A DNA stretch of 64,000 bases from an uncultured Alphaproteobacteria bacterium (GCA_963757565.1 CAVWSB010000006.1:661301-725300), one strand, 5' to 3'. Positions 38,759 to 48,200 are shown, numbered from the stretch's first letter. The notes: generated by a model not told the origin, from the sequence alone. Translations and numbers: made by a program.

Positions 38759-39037
38759 CTAGTGATAGTCGACCAGATCGAGATCACGCGCGCTTCCGTT
38801 CTCAAACCGGAAAACGATCCGCCAATTCGCCCTCACGGTAATCGACCATTGGCCCTTACGCTCGCCTTTGAGCGGATGAAGCCTGAAGCTCGGACGGTTG
38901 AGGTCGCCAATCGCATCCGCCGCGTCCAGTGCGGCGAGAATGATACGAACGCGTTCAATCATGTCCGGCGACACCAGCCGGCGGTCGTCACTTTCGAAGA
39001 GCCGTTTCAGGCCCTTGTGACGGAAGCTCTCGATCAT
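38759..39037 (-). CDS. higB: HigB-like toxin (RelE/ParE superfamily, 'plasmid maintenance system killer')
   Basis: 92-aa ORF MIESFRHKGLKRLFE...LHPLKGERKGQWSITVRANWRIVFRFENG...DLDLVDYH, with the toxin-first gene order typical of higBA. Confidence 0.85.
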   Translation of the reverse strand: MIESFRHKGLKRLFESDDRRLVSPDMIERVRIILAALDAADAIGDLNRPSFRLHPLKGERKGQWSITVRANWRIVFRFENGSARDLDLVDYH

Positions 39038-39050
39038 TTATTCCGAATGT

Positions 39051-39070
39051 AACATGTAACTTTACATGTT
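39051..39070. promoter_or_regulatory. palindrome AACATGTA-N4-TACATGTT upstream of higB (putative HigA operator)
   Basis: AACATGTAACTTTACATGTT in an AT-rich patch 14-33 nt upstream of the higB start. Confidence 0.4.
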
Positions 39071-39094
39071 TCAATGCGCCGAGAGGAGCCGACG

Positions 39095-39610
39095 CTAGTG
39101 CGCCTCGCGCTCGAACGCCGCCCTGAGCAGCCCGAGCTGGCGTTCGACCGCATTGTTGGCGGGACGCTCCGGCACCTTGTGCATCGTGTTGTCGAGCCGG
39201 CGCACGCGATCGAGCAGCGAGAGCGAGCGGTCGATCAGGTCGCGCAGGTTTTCCGGCAGCAGGTCCATGGTATCGGCGTCGGCGCGATCGCCGAGCGAAA
39301 GCTTCACCTTGGTCTTTTCCTTGTTCGCCTGCGCGAGCGACATCTCGCCTTCCTTGACCGCGCGATGCAGCAGCAGCCATGAGGCAAGCTGCATCAACCG
39401 CGTCGTCAGCCGCATGCTTTCGGTCGCGTAGGCGAGCGCTGCGGAGCGATCGAGTTTCTTGGATTCCTGCCGGCCGGGTCCATCGAGGTAACCGGCGGTC
39501 TCTTCCACCAGCGCCATGCCCTCCTTGAACAGGGCCGCAAAGGCCTGCGAATTCGCAAGCCTCTCGCTGAACATGACAGGTCCAGCACCCTGCGCGGGCT
39601 TTTCGGACAT
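39095..39610 (-). CDS. DUF1465-family protein (RcdA-like protease adaptor)
   Basis: 171-aa helical ORF with FKEGMALVEETAGYLDG...ESMRLTTRLMQLASWLLLHRAV. I recognise this pattern as the DUF1465/RcdA family (from memory). Confidence 0.7.
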   Translation of the reverse strand: MSEKPAQGAGPVMFSERLANSQAFAALFKEGMALVEETAGYLDGPGRQESKKLDRSAALAYATESMRLTTRLMQLASWLLLHRAVKEGEMSLAQANKEKTKVKLSLGDRADADTMDLLPENLRDLIDRSLSLLDRVRRLDNTMHKVPERPANNAVERQLGLLRAAFEREAH

Positions 39611-39727
39611 ACGCTACGCCTCACTCAATACTGAAGCTTTGATTATCGCCCGTTGCGCGCAACTGTCCAGCCGCCGCGGCGGACACTTGCGGACATAGTT
39701 TCCACGCCGGCCCACTCCGGCGCGGGC

Positions 39728-39758
39728 ACAAAAAAAGAGCCGCCGTCGCCGGCGGCTC
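39728..39758 (-). terminator. rho-independent terminator
   Basis: Minus strand GAGCCGCCG-GCGA-CGGCGGCUC (9-bp stem) followed by UUUUUUU. Confidence 0.65.
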
Positions 39759-39835
39759 AAAGGTGATAACAGGGAGGCGTCAAACAGAGTGGACAGGAGC
39801 CACTCGATGTCCAGATGCTGGACGATGCCAGTAAT
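39728..39835 (-). ncRNA. candidate small RNA (5' end not defined)
   Basis: ORF-free. Two perfect 6-bp hairpins (39809-39823, 39787-39805), a single-stranded UGUUUGACGCCUCCCUGUUAUCACCUUU with the CCUCCC anti-SD motif, then the terminator. A TTAA-N7-TTAA box lies just upstream. Confidence 0.35.
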
Positions 39836-39847
39836 GAACAAGAAAGC

Positions 39848-39862
39848 TTAATAACTGGTTAA
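39848..39862. promoter_or_regulatory. TTAA-N7-TTAA box (CtrA-type binding-site consensus)
   Basis: TTAATAACTGGTTAA in the AT-rich spacer between the DUF1192 stop and the candidate sRNA / RcdA-like gene. Confidence 0.35.
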
Positions 39863-39894
39863 TTTTGCTGCTAATTCGCGCCAAAACGGGCGGA

Positions 39895-40089
39895 TCAGCG
39901 CTTGAAGAACTGGTCGGCAGCCGAGCGCTGCGCCTGCTTCTTGACCTTGTCGGCCTGCAGCCGGGCGATTTCCTCCTGCAGCAGCGCGACCCGCTCGTCG
40001 AGTTCCTTGACGGAAAGCAGGGTCAGGTCCTGCCCGATCTCATGGACGAGCTTCTTCTTCGGACGGTCCTCGTCGTCGAAAGCCGGCAT
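39895..40089 (-). CDS. DUF1192-family small coiled-coil protein
   Basis: 64-aa ORF with LLSVKELDERVALLQEEIARLQADKVKK. Pattern recalled as DUF1192. Confidence 0.7.
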   Translation of the reverse strand: MPAFDDEDRPKKKLVHEIGQDLTLLSVKELDERVALLQEEIARLQADKVKKQAQRSAADQFFKR

Positions 40090-40173
40090 GCCGGCAGATT
40101 AGCCAGAGCGCCGCCGGTTGTCACATCCCCCTCGCCCGACTAAGCAATTTGGCAACAACAGAGGATCCGCCCG

Positions 40174-41169
40174 ATGAGCCTTCCCGCCCGCATGACCGCC
40201 ATCGCCATCAGCGAATACGGCAAGCCTGAGGTGCTGGTGCCGAAGGAGATGGACATGCCGGCGCTCAAGCCCGGCGAAATCCTGGTCAAGGTCGCGGCGG
40301 CCGGCGTCAACCGCCCCGACGTGATGCAGCGCCAAGGGCACTATCCGCCGCCGCCCGGTGCGCCGGACATTCCGGGGCTGGAGCTTGCGGGCGAGGTGGT
40401 CAAGCTTGGCGAAGGTGCGACGCGCTGGAAGCTCGGCGACAAGGTCACCGGCCTGGTCGCGGGCGGCGGTTATGCCGAATACGCCGCCGTGCACGAGACG
40501 ATCGCGCTGCCGGTCATTCCGCAGCTCACCATGGTCGAAGCCGCCGCCATCCCGGAAACCTTCTTCACCGTCTGGCACAACGTGTTCGAGCGCGGCGCGC
40601 TGAAGAGCGGCGAGACCATGCTGCTGCATGGCGGCTCGTCCGGCATCGGCACCACGGCGATCATGCTGGCGAAACAGAAGGGCGCGCGGGTCATCGTGAC
40701 GGTTGGGTCGGAGGAAAAGGCCGAAGCCTGCCGCAAGCTCGGCGCGGATCTTGCGATCAACTACAAGACACAGGACTTCGTCGCCGAGACCAAGTCGTTC
40801 ACCAACAACAAGGGCGCCGAGGTCATCATCGACATGGTGGCGGGCGATTACATCCAGAAGAACTACGAGGCCGCCGCGATGGACGGCCGCATCGTGCAGA
40901 TCGCGTTCCAGCGCCCGCCCAAGGCCATGATCGATTTCCGCCCGATCCTGATGAAGCGGCTGTGGCACACCGGGTCCGGCCTGCGTCCGCGCCCGGTCGC
41001 CGACAAGGCGGCGATTGCCAAGGCGGTTCTCGAAAACGTCTGGCCGATGATCGCGGCCGGCAAGGTAAAGCCGGTTATCTACAAGACCTTTCCGCTGCGC
41101 GAGGCCGCGGCTGCGCATGCGCTGATGGAGACGAGCGAGCACATCGGCAAGATCGTGCTCACCGCCTGA
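40174..41169 (+). CDS. qor: NAD(P)H:quinone oxidoreductase (zeta-crystallin/MDR family)
   Basis: 331-aa ORF with GVNRPDVMQRQGHYPPPPG, LLHGGSSGIGTTAI (Rossmann) and HIGKIVL at the C-terminus. Confidence 0.9.
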   Translation: MSLPARMTAIAISEYGKPEVLVPKEMDMPALKPGEILVKVAAAGVNRPDVMQRQGHYPPPPGAPDIPGLELAGEVVKLGEGATRWKLGDKVTGLVAGGGYAEYAAVHETIALPVIPQLTMVEAAAIPETFFTVWHNVFERGALKSGETMLLHGGSSGIGTTAIMLAKQKGARVIVTVGSEEKAEACRKLGADLAINYKTQDFVAETKSFTNNKGAEVIIDMVAGDYIQKNYEAAAMDGRIVQIAFQRPPKAMIDFRPILMKRLWHTGSGLRPRPVADKAAIAKAVLENVWPMIAAGKVKPVIYKTFPLREAAAAHALMETSEHIGKIVLTA

Positions 41170-41308
41170 CCTTACGCGCGCCGTTTCGCAATCCTGCGCG
41201 TCCCCGGCATGGTTAAGGGCTTGGAAATCCTTGCTCTTGCCGCACTCCCCGGGTAGTCATCGTGCCCTTGGCTGGCGGGGAATCGCTTGGAGCCGGGAGG
41301 TTTTTCGT

Positions 41309-44197
41309 TTGCGTCTGTTGCGCGCCGTGCATGCGGTGGCGGTCCTGCTCGGCGTCGCGCTCGGCGTTCCTTCCGCGCGCGCACTCGACGCGATCAACGT
41401 GCGGGTCGACGCTTCGGCGATCGACCTCACCGACGCCGTCGAGCGGCCCAAGACCGACTCCGACCGCATTCAGGTCTCGACCGCGCCGGGCGCCGATGGA
41501 ATCGTGCGCCGCATCGAGGTGCGCGCGCGCGAGGCGGGAAACAACTGGGCGGTCTTTTCGCTCGCCAACAACAGCGATGAGCAGATCGACCGGCTGATCG
41601 TCGCGCCGCATTATCGCATGGTCGGCTCCGGACTGTTCTGGCCCGACCTCGGACTGTCCCGCCTCGTCAACATCACGCCGAGTTCGGGCGACCGCCCGGA
41701 GCGGCAGACGAGCCCGACTGCCGACATCTATCGCATCACGCTCGATCCCGGCACGGTCATTACCTACGTGATGGAGCTTCGCTCCGACAAGCTGCCGCAG
41801 CTCTATCTGTGGGAGCCCGACGCCTACAAGGACAAGATCAACTCCTTCACGCTCTACTACGGCATCGTCATCGGCATCGCGGGCCTGCTTGCGCTGTTCC
41901 TGACCATCCTGTTCGTCGTGAAGGGCAGCGTGATGTTTCCCGCCGCCGCCGCGCTCGGCTGGGCGGTGCTCGCCTATATCGGCACCGATTTCGGATTCTG
42001 GGGCAAGGTGTTCGACCTCTCGGCCGACACCGAGAGAATTTGGCGCGCATCGGGCGAGGCGATCCTCGCCGCGACGCTGGTCGTGTTCCTGTTCGCCTAC
42101 CTCAATCTCAATCGCTGGCACGTGCGCTATGCGCACATCACGGCTGGCTGGCTGCTATTTCTCGGCGCGCTGACGGCGATTGCGGTGTTCAACCCGGCGG
42201 TCGCATCGGGTGTGGCGCGTATCTCGCTCGCAATCGTCGCGGTCGCGGGACTTGGACTGGTGGTCTATCTGGCGGCGCACGGTTTCGACCGCGCCGTGCT
42301 GCTGATCCCGACATGGCTGTTGCTCGTCGTGTGGGTATTCGCCGGCAATCTCGCGATCACCGGTGTCGTCACCAATGACATCGTGGGCCCGGCACTCCTC
42401 GGCGGCCTCGTCCTGATCGTGATGCTGATCGGCTTCACCGTGATGCAGCACGCCTTCGCGGGCGGCGCCGCGGTCTCGATCCTGTCCGACATCGAGCGGC
42501 GCGCACTCGCCCTCACGGGTGCGGGCGACATGATCTGGGACTGGGACGTTCCCAACGATCGCGTGTTCACGTCGCCGGAAACCGAAGCGATGCTCGGCCT
42601 CAAGCGCGGCGTGCTCGGCGGCTCGGCCGCCGACTGGCTCGAGGTCCTCCACCCGCTCGATCGCGACCGCTTTCGCGCCGCGCTCGACGGCGTGCTGGAG
42701 CAGCGGCGCGGCCGCCTCTTCCTGGAATTCCGCCTGCGCACGCTCGACGGCCATTACATGTGGTTCGCCCTCAAGGCGCGCCCCGTGGTCGCCTCCGACG
42801 GCGAGGTCGTGCGGCTGGTCGGGACCGTCAACGACGTGACCGAGTTCAAGACCGCCGAGGAGCGCCTGCTGCACGACGCCGTGCACGACAACCTCACCGG
42901 CCTGCCGAACCGCGAACTCTTCCTCGACCGGCTCGACGCCGCCCTCTCCTTCGCGACCGCGGACTCGACCATCCGCCCGACCGTGATGCTGATCGACCTC
43001 GACCGTTTCAAGCAGGTCAACGACTCCGTCGGGATTGCGGTCGGCGACTCGATCCTGCTGACGCTCGCGCGCCGGCTCGGCCGCCTGCTGAAGCCGCAGG
43101 ACACCCTCTCGCGGCTGGGCGGCGACCAGTTCGGCCTGCTCGTCCTCTCCGAGCGCGAACCGCCGCGCATCACCGCCTTCGCCGACACCATCCGCAAGAC
43201 CCTGCGCGCGCCGATCACCTTCAACGACCGGGAGATTCTGCTCACCGCCTCGATCGGGCTCGCGCTGGCCGACGGCACGCCGCAAAAAAAGGAAGACGTG
43301 CTCAAGGATGCCGAACTGGCGATGTTCCATAGTAAGCGCATCGGCGGCGACCGCATCGAGGTGTTCAAGCCCGCGATGCGCACGCGCAAGAGCGACCGCC
43401 TCTCGATGGAGAGCGACCTGCGCCGCGCACTCGAACGCGACGAAATCACGGTCCTGTACCAGCCTGTCGTCTGGCTGGAGGACCGCTCGGTCGCGGGCTT
43501 CGAGGCGCTGCTGCGCTGGGATCATCCCAAGATGGGTCGCCTGTCGCCCGCCGACTTCATTCCGGTCGCCGAGGAAACCGGCCTGATCCTCGAACTCGGA
43601 TTGTTCGTGCTCGACCGCGCGACGCGCCAACTCGCATCATGGCAGCGCGCGACGCGGCTGCGCTATCCGCTGTTCGTCAGCGTGAATATCTCCTCGCGCC
43701 AGCTGTTGCGTCACGACCTGATCCAGGACGTGCGCACGATCCTGTCGCGTTCCGCGATCGCGCGCGGCACGCTCAAGCTGGAGCTGACCGAATCGCTGAT
43801 CATGGAAAATCCCGAATATGCCGCGCAGATGCTCACACGCATCCGCGATCTCGGCGTCGGCCTCTCGCTCGACGATTTCGGCACCGGACATTCCTCGCTC
43901 GCCTATCTGCAGCGCTTCCCGTTCGACACCATCAAGATCGACAAGTCGTTCGTGCGTCCGAACGGCAAGGGTTCGCGCCCGGTGATCCTGCGCTCCATCA
44001 TCGCGATGGCGCACGATCTGTCGATGGACGTGATCGCCGAAGGCGCGGAAGCGGATGCCGACGCGGTGGAGCTTTATCAGCTCGGTTGCGAATACGCGCA
44101 GGGCTTCGTGTTCGGCGAACCGATGGATCCGGAGCGCGCCATCGCGCTGGTCGGGCACACCCAGGCAGAAGGCCCGCGCCGCGTCGAGGCGCATTGA
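41309..44197 (+). CDS. 7TM-DISM sensor / PAS / GGDEF(degenerate) / EAL c-di-GMP signalling protein
   Basis: ORF 41231..44197. Likely TTG start at 41309, 8 nt after GGAGG (signal peptide LRLLRAVHAVAVLLGVALGVPSARA). Periplasmic domain, 7 TM spans, PAS (DMIWDWDV), GGDQF in place of GGDEF, and an EAL domain (FEALLRW, ELTES, DDFGTGHSSLAYL). Confidence 0.9.
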   Translation: MRLLRAVHAVAVLLGVALGVPSARALDAINVRVDASAIDLTDAVERPKTDSDRIQVSTAPGADGIVRRIEVRAREAGNNWAVFSLANNSDEQIDRLIVAPHYRMVGSGLFWPDLGLSRLVNITPSSGDRPERQTSPTADIYRITLDPGTVITYVMELRSDKLPQLYLWEPDAYKDKINSFTLYYGIVIGIAGLLALFLTILFVVKGSVMFPAAAALGWAVLAYIGTDFGFWGKVFDLSADTERIWRASGEAILAATLVVFLFAYLNLNRWHVRYAHITAGWLLFLGALTAIAVFNPAVASGVARISLAIVAVAGLGLVVYLAAHGFDRAVLLIPTWLLLVVWVFAGNLAITGVVTNDIVGPALLGGLVLIVMLIGFTVMQHAFAGGAAVSILSDIERRALALTGAGDMIWDWDVPNDRVFTSPETEAMLGLKRGVLGGSAADWLEVLHPLDRDRFRAALDGVLEQRRGRLFLEFRLRTLDGHYMWFALKARPVVASDGEVVRLVGTVNDVTEFKTAEERLLHDAVHDNLTGLPNRELFLDRLDAALSFATADSTIRPTVMLIDLDRFKQVNDSVGIAVGDSILLTLARRLGRLLKPQDTLSRLGGDQFGLLVLSEREPPRITAFADTIRKTLRAPITFNDREILLTASIGLALADGTPQKKEDVLKDAELAMFHSKRIGGDRIEVFKPAMRTRKSDRLSMESDLRRALERDEITVLYQPVVWLEDRSVAGFEALLRWDHPKMGRLSPADFIPVAEETGLILELGLFVLDRATRQLASWQRATRLRYPLFVSVNISSRQLLRHDLIQDVRTILSRSAIARGTLKLELTESLIMENPEYAAQMLTRIRDLGVGLSLDDFGTGHSSLAYLQRFPFDTIKIDKSFVRPNGKGSRPVILRSIIAMAHDLSMDVIAEGAEADADAVELYQLGCEYAQGFVFGEPMDPERAIALVGHTQAEGPRRVEAH

Positions 44198-44200
44198 GCC

Positions 44201-44824
44201 TCAGGCGTGTCCCGCCTCGCTTGAAAGCTTGCCGAGATCGATGCCGATCTTGTGCATCGCCTTCTCATACTTGGCATCGATGTCGGTGCCGAAAATCAAC
44301 TCGCTGTCGGCCTCGCAATTGAGCCAGCCGTTTTCCGTGATCTCGTTTTCCAGTTGCCCGGGCGCCCAGCCCGCGTAACCGAGCGCGAGCACCGCGCTCT
44401 GCGGACCTTCGCCGTGCGCGATCGCCTTCAGGATGTCGAGCGTCGCGGTGAGGCAGATGCCGTTGTCGATCGTGAGCGTCGAATCCTGGATGAAGAAGTC
44501 CGCCGAGTGCAGCACGAAGCCGCGCCCGGTCTCGACCGGCCCACCCTTGAGCACCTTCACGGTGCCGGCCTTGCGCGGGAGCTGAATCAGCTCCGCGGCC
44601 GGAATGACGTCGAGCTGCACCAGCAGATCGGGAAACTTGATGTTCGGTGCGGGCCGGTTGACCACGATGCCCATCGCGCCCTCGGAAGAGTGGGCACAGA
44701 CATAGATCAGGCTGCGGGCGAAGCGTTCGTCGTTCATCGCCGGCATCGCGATCAGCATCTGGCCGTCGAGATACCCGCGCTTGCGTCCGCCGCCGCCCTT
44801 TTTCGAGGCAGTTTTCATGGGCAA
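44201..44824 (-). CDS. YqgE/AlgH family protein (UPF0301)
   Basis: 207-aa ORF with [35 protein letters not shown]...[16 protein letters not shown]. Confidence 0.85.
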   Translation of the reverse strand: MPMKTASKKGGGGRKRGYLDGQMLIAMPAMNDERFARSLIYVCAHSSEGAMGIVVNRPAPNIKFPDLLVQLDVIPAAELIQLPRKAGTVKVLKGGPVETGRGFVLHSADFFIQDSTLTIDNGICLTATLDILKAIAHGEGPQSAVLALGYAGWAPGQLENEITENGWLNCEADSELIFGTDIDAKYEKAMHKIGIDLGKLSSEAGHA

Positions 44825-44930
44825 AATTCTACTCCGTTCCCCGATTCATGGGAATCGAAACTTGTCTTCGCCCCCGTTGGTTCCGATCACGGCGATTTCA
44901 GTGGCGGCATCGCGACGGCACCCCTAAATC

Positions 44931-45776
44931 GTGGCCATGACAGCCGCTCCGCCGCGTCTTGCGTGCATGCTTGGCGCAAATCTTGTCCTCCTGGTGACGG
45001 CGCCGGCGTTCGCCGCGGACGTCTCGGCCTGGGACGGCGATCAGCATTCCGCCGTGCGCTTGATTGCCGGTGAGGCGCGCCACGAGCGTGGCGCGACGAT
45101 CCATCGTGCCGGCATCGAGATCAGGCTGGGCCCGGGGTGGAAAACATACTGGCGCTACCCCGGCGACGCGGGCGTGCCGCCGCGTTTCGATTTTTCCAAA
45201 TCGCACAACGTCAAATCCGTGAGCGTGCACTGGCCCGCACCGCAACGCCTCACCGACGAGGGCGGCACGTCGATCGGCTACAAGCACGATGTCGCGTTTC
45301 CGCTCGATATCGTACCGCGCGATGCCGCTAAACCTGTCGAGCTTGCGCTCAGCATCGAATACGCGGTTTGCGAAAAGCTTTGCGTGCCTGCCGAGGGCAA
45401 GGCCGACGTGACCCTCACGGGCAAAACCGCCGCGCCGAATGCAGCGCTCGCCGCAAACGAAGCACTGGTGCCGCACCCGGCTGCCGTGGGGCAGGACGGC
45501 GCGGTCAGCGTGCGCACCGTGAAGCGCGAAGGCGCGCGCATGATCGTCGATGTCGCCAGCCCGGCAGGCGCTTCGGTCGAACTGTTCGCCGAGGGCCCGG
45601 CGCCGGACTGGGCATTGCCGGTCCCCTCGCCCGTCGCGGGTGCGCCTGCGGGCCAGCAGCGCTTTGCCTTCGACCTCGACGGCTTGCCACCCGGCGCCAA
45701 GCCGGACGGCGCGACGCTCAAGCTCACCGCGGTCGCGGGCGAGAACGCCATCGAGGTCCCCTACCGTCTCGACTAA
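44931..45776 (+). CDS. DsbD N-terminal-domain-like (thiol:disulfide interchange) periplasmic protein
   Basis: Signal peptide, then GWKTYWRYPGDAGVPPRFDF and YAVCEKLCVP motifs recalled from DsbD/ScsB-type N-terminal domains. Confidence 0.7.
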   Translation: MAMTAAPPRLACMLGANLVLLVTAPAFAADVSAWDGDQHSAVRLIAGEARHERGATIHRAGIEIRLGPGWKTYWRYPGDAGVPPRFDFSKSHNVKSVSVHWPAPQRLTDEGGTSIGYKHDVAFPLDIVPRDAAKPVELALSIEYAVCEKLCVPAEGKADVTLTGKTAAPNAALAANEALVPHPAAVGQDGAVSVRTVKREGARMIVDVASPAGASVELFAEGPAPDWALPVPSPVAGAPAGQQRFAFDLDGLPPGAKPDGATLKLTAVAGENAIEVPYRLD

Positions 45777-45840
45777 TCCGCGCAAGGCGCTAAGTTAGCG
45801 CCGATTTCAAGAGACCCACCCCCAACCACGAGGAAACATC

Positions 45841-46326
45841 ATGGCCATCAAGGTCGGCGACCGTTTGCCCAGCGCGACATTCATGACGATGACGGCGGAC
45901 GGCCCGAAGCCGCAGACCACCGACGAAATCTTCAAGGGCAAGAAGGTCGTGCTGTTCGCCGTGCCCGGCGCCTTCACGCCGACCTGCCACAAGAACCACC
46001 TGCCCGGCTTCCTCAACAATGCCGACACGATCAAGGGCAAGGGCATCGACACCATCGCCGTCACCGGCGTGAACGACGTGTTCGTGATGGATGCCTGGAA
46101 GAAGAACACCAACGCGGAAGGCAAGATCGAATTTCTCGCCGACGGCAGCGCGGCGTTCGCCAAGGCGATCGGCCTCTCGGTCGATCTCGGCGAGCGCGGG
46201 CTCGGCATGCGCTCGCAGCGCTACGCCATGGTGGTCGACGATGGCGTGGTGAAAACGCTCAACGTCGAGGATTCGCCCGGCAAGGCCGACATTTCGGGCG
46301 CCGACAACCTGCTCAAGGGGATGTAG
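45841..46326 (+). CDS. peroxiredoxin (Prx5-like, AhpC/TSA family)
   Basis: 161-aa ORF with KKVVLFAVPGAFTPTCHKNHLPGF, containing the peroxidatic Cys motif PGAFTPTC. Confidence 0.9.
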   Translation: MAIKVGDRLPSATFMTMTADGPKPQTTDEIFKGKKVVLFAVPGAFTPTCHKNHLPGFLNNADTIKGKGIDTIAVTGVNDVFVMDAWKKNTNAEGKIEFLADGSAAFAKAIGLSVDLGERGLGMRSQRYAMVVDDGVVKTLNVEDSPGKADISGADNLLKGM

Positions 46327-46357
46327 TCTTACCCCTCGCGGAATCACCGACATACGC

Positions 46358-46393
46358 AAACGGCCGGGAACTTGCCCCGGCCGTTTCTCTTTA
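46358..46393 (+). terminator. rho-independent terminator after the peroxiredoxin gene
   Basis: ACGGCCGGG-aacttgc-CCCGGCCGT followed by TTCTCTTTAT. Confidence 0.55.
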
Positions 46394-46575
46394 TGGGACA
46401 AAGAGTTCCGTCGCTTAATGGAACTTGGGGGCGCGCCTCATTTCTGCCGGCAGTTAATCGGCATTTAACTAAAATTCGCCCTAATGCGGGCAAGGGCGTG
46501 GGTACACTCCATCCTTGGATTCGGGTGGAGCACTTGACGCACCAGACTGCGTAAAAGTGTGACGGCACGGGGACA

Positions 46576-47673
46576 GTGGTGGCGGACGGACGATACGGTT
46601 ACGCGCGCGTCGTTGAAGTTCAAAACCCAAGGGCACCGCGCAGGCAACAGCCTGGCGTCGCGAGGCCACGCGCGCCGGCACCCCGCAAGCAGGCGCCGAA
46701 GAGGCGCTTCGGCGCCATCTCGATTGCCTGCACGGCGCTGGCCTGCGGCTGGGGCGCATACAACAATTTCGCACCGACCGCCGGTCCGGTTGCAGTGCTT
46801 TCCGAGAAGCAGGCGTTCGTGGCAGAGCCGGTGCGTCCCGCAGCGCCGCTGTTCGATGTCGCGCTGATCTCCCCGAGCTACGCGCTCGGCAATCCCACGA
46901 CCTTCTCGGCGAACGCGCCGACGCGCCTTGGCCAGCGTTTCCTCACGCGTGAAGCGATGCAGGCCGAGTTCGCTGCCGCGGCGCCCGCGACCCAACCGCA
47001 GGAAACAACGATCGTCCGCACCGTGAGCGTGCCGATGCCGCAGCGCCGCCCGGCCGAACTCGCGGCGCTGGAGCCGCCGAAGGCGACCCTGGCGCAGATG
47101 GCGCAACGAAAGAAGGTCGTCACCGCGAGCGTCGGCGAGACGATCTTCCAGAAGATCTTCGGCAAGCCGCAGGATACCTCGACCGCGCTCGCCTATGCGG
47201 GCGGTGCCGACGGCGGCGTCTTCGACGACGGCCAGAGCAAGACGCCGGGCCGCCTGCCCGCGACTGACGAGACGACCGCCGTGTACGACATCACGGCGCG
47301 CACGGTTTACATGCCGGACGGCACGAAGCTCGAGGCGCATTCGGGGCTGCGCGACAAGCTCGACGACCCGCGTTACGTGAACGTCCGCATGTGGGGTCCG
47401 ACCCCGCCGCACACCTACGATCTGGTGATGCGCGAGAGTCTGTTCCACGGCGTGCAGGCGTTGCGCCTGATCCCGGTCGGCGGCGAAGGCGCGATCTACG
47501 GGCGTTCGGGTCTGCTCGCCCACACCTACATGCTGGGACCGAACGGCGACTCGAACGGCTGCGTGTCATTCAAGGACTACAACGCATTCCTGCACGCGTT
47601 CAAAAGCGGCAAGGTCAAGCGTCTGGTCGTCGTGGCGCGTGGCGGCCGCAACGTGCTCGCCTCGAACAACTAA
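46576..47673 (+). CDS. DUF2778 / Tlde1-like (L,D-transpeptidase-fold) domain protein with N-terminal TM anchor
   Basis: 365-aa ORF with TM FGAISIACTALACGWGAY, an Ala/Pro-rich linker and a C-terminal domain carrying ...LLAHTYMLGPNGDSNGCVSF (a His-x13-S-x-G-C motif of YkuD-like type). Confidence 0.7.
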   Translation: MVADGRYGYARVVEVQNPRAPRRQQPGVARPRAPAPRKQAPKRRFGAISIACTALACGWGAYNNFAPTAGPVAVLSEKQAFVAEPVRPAAPLFDVALISPSYALGNPTTFSANAPTRLGQRFLTREAMQAEFAAAAPATQPQETTIVRTVSVPMPQRRPAELAALEPPKATLAQMAQRKKVVTASVGETIFQKIFGKPQDTSTALAYAGGADGGVFDDGQSKTPGRLPATDETTAVYDITARTVYMPDGTKLEAHSGLRDKLDDPRYVNVRMWGPTPPHTYDLVMRESLFHGVQALRLIPVGGEGAIYGRSGLLAHTYMLGPNGDSNGCVSFKDYNAFLHAFKSGKVKRLVVVARGGRNVLASNN

Positions 47674-47678
47674 GCTGT

Positions 47679-48200
47679 TTAGCGCGCGCGCCGCTTGCCT
47701 TTGCGCGGCGCCGGTATCTCGTGTGGCGGGACGCGCGCCGGATCGGCGCCGTGCCGCACCTCCTGGCGCGCTTCGTGCACCAGTTCGTCCGCGCGCTCGT
47801 TGTAGTGATCGCCCGAGTGACCCTTCACCCAGTGCCAGCGCACGGTGTGCGGGTCGCGCGCGGCTTCGAGCCGCTGCCACAGGTCCTGATTCTTCACCGG
47901 GTCCTTGGATGCCGTGCGCCAGCCATTGCGCTTCCAGTTGTTGATGTACTTCGTGATGCCGTCGCGGACGTAGGTGCTGTCGGTGTGCATCTCGACCACG
48001 CACGGCTGCTTCAACGCCTCCAGGCCCGAAATCGCCGCCATCAATTCCATGCGGTTGTTGGTCGACGCCGGCTCGCCGCCCTTCAATTCCTTGCTATGCG
48101 CGCCCATCAGCAGGATCGCGGCCCATCCACCCGGCCCCGGATTGGGCGCGCAACCGCCGTCGGTGTAGATCGTGACGTGGTGTTTCGGCGGCTCGTTCAT
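47679..48200 (-). CDS. rnhA: ribonuclease HI
   Basis: ORF trimmed to [28 protein letters not shown]...TNNRMELMA...[17 protein letters not shown]. The ATG overlaps the thrB stop. Confidence 0.95.
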   Translation of the reverse strand: MNEPPKHHVTIYTDGGCAPNPGPGGWAAILLMGAHSKELKGGEPASTNNRMELMAAISGLEALKQPCVVEMHTDSTYVRDGITKYINNWKRNGWRTASKDPVKNQDLWQRLEAARDPHTVRWHWVKGHSGDHYNERADELVHEARQEVRHGADPARVPPHEIPAPRKGKRRAR

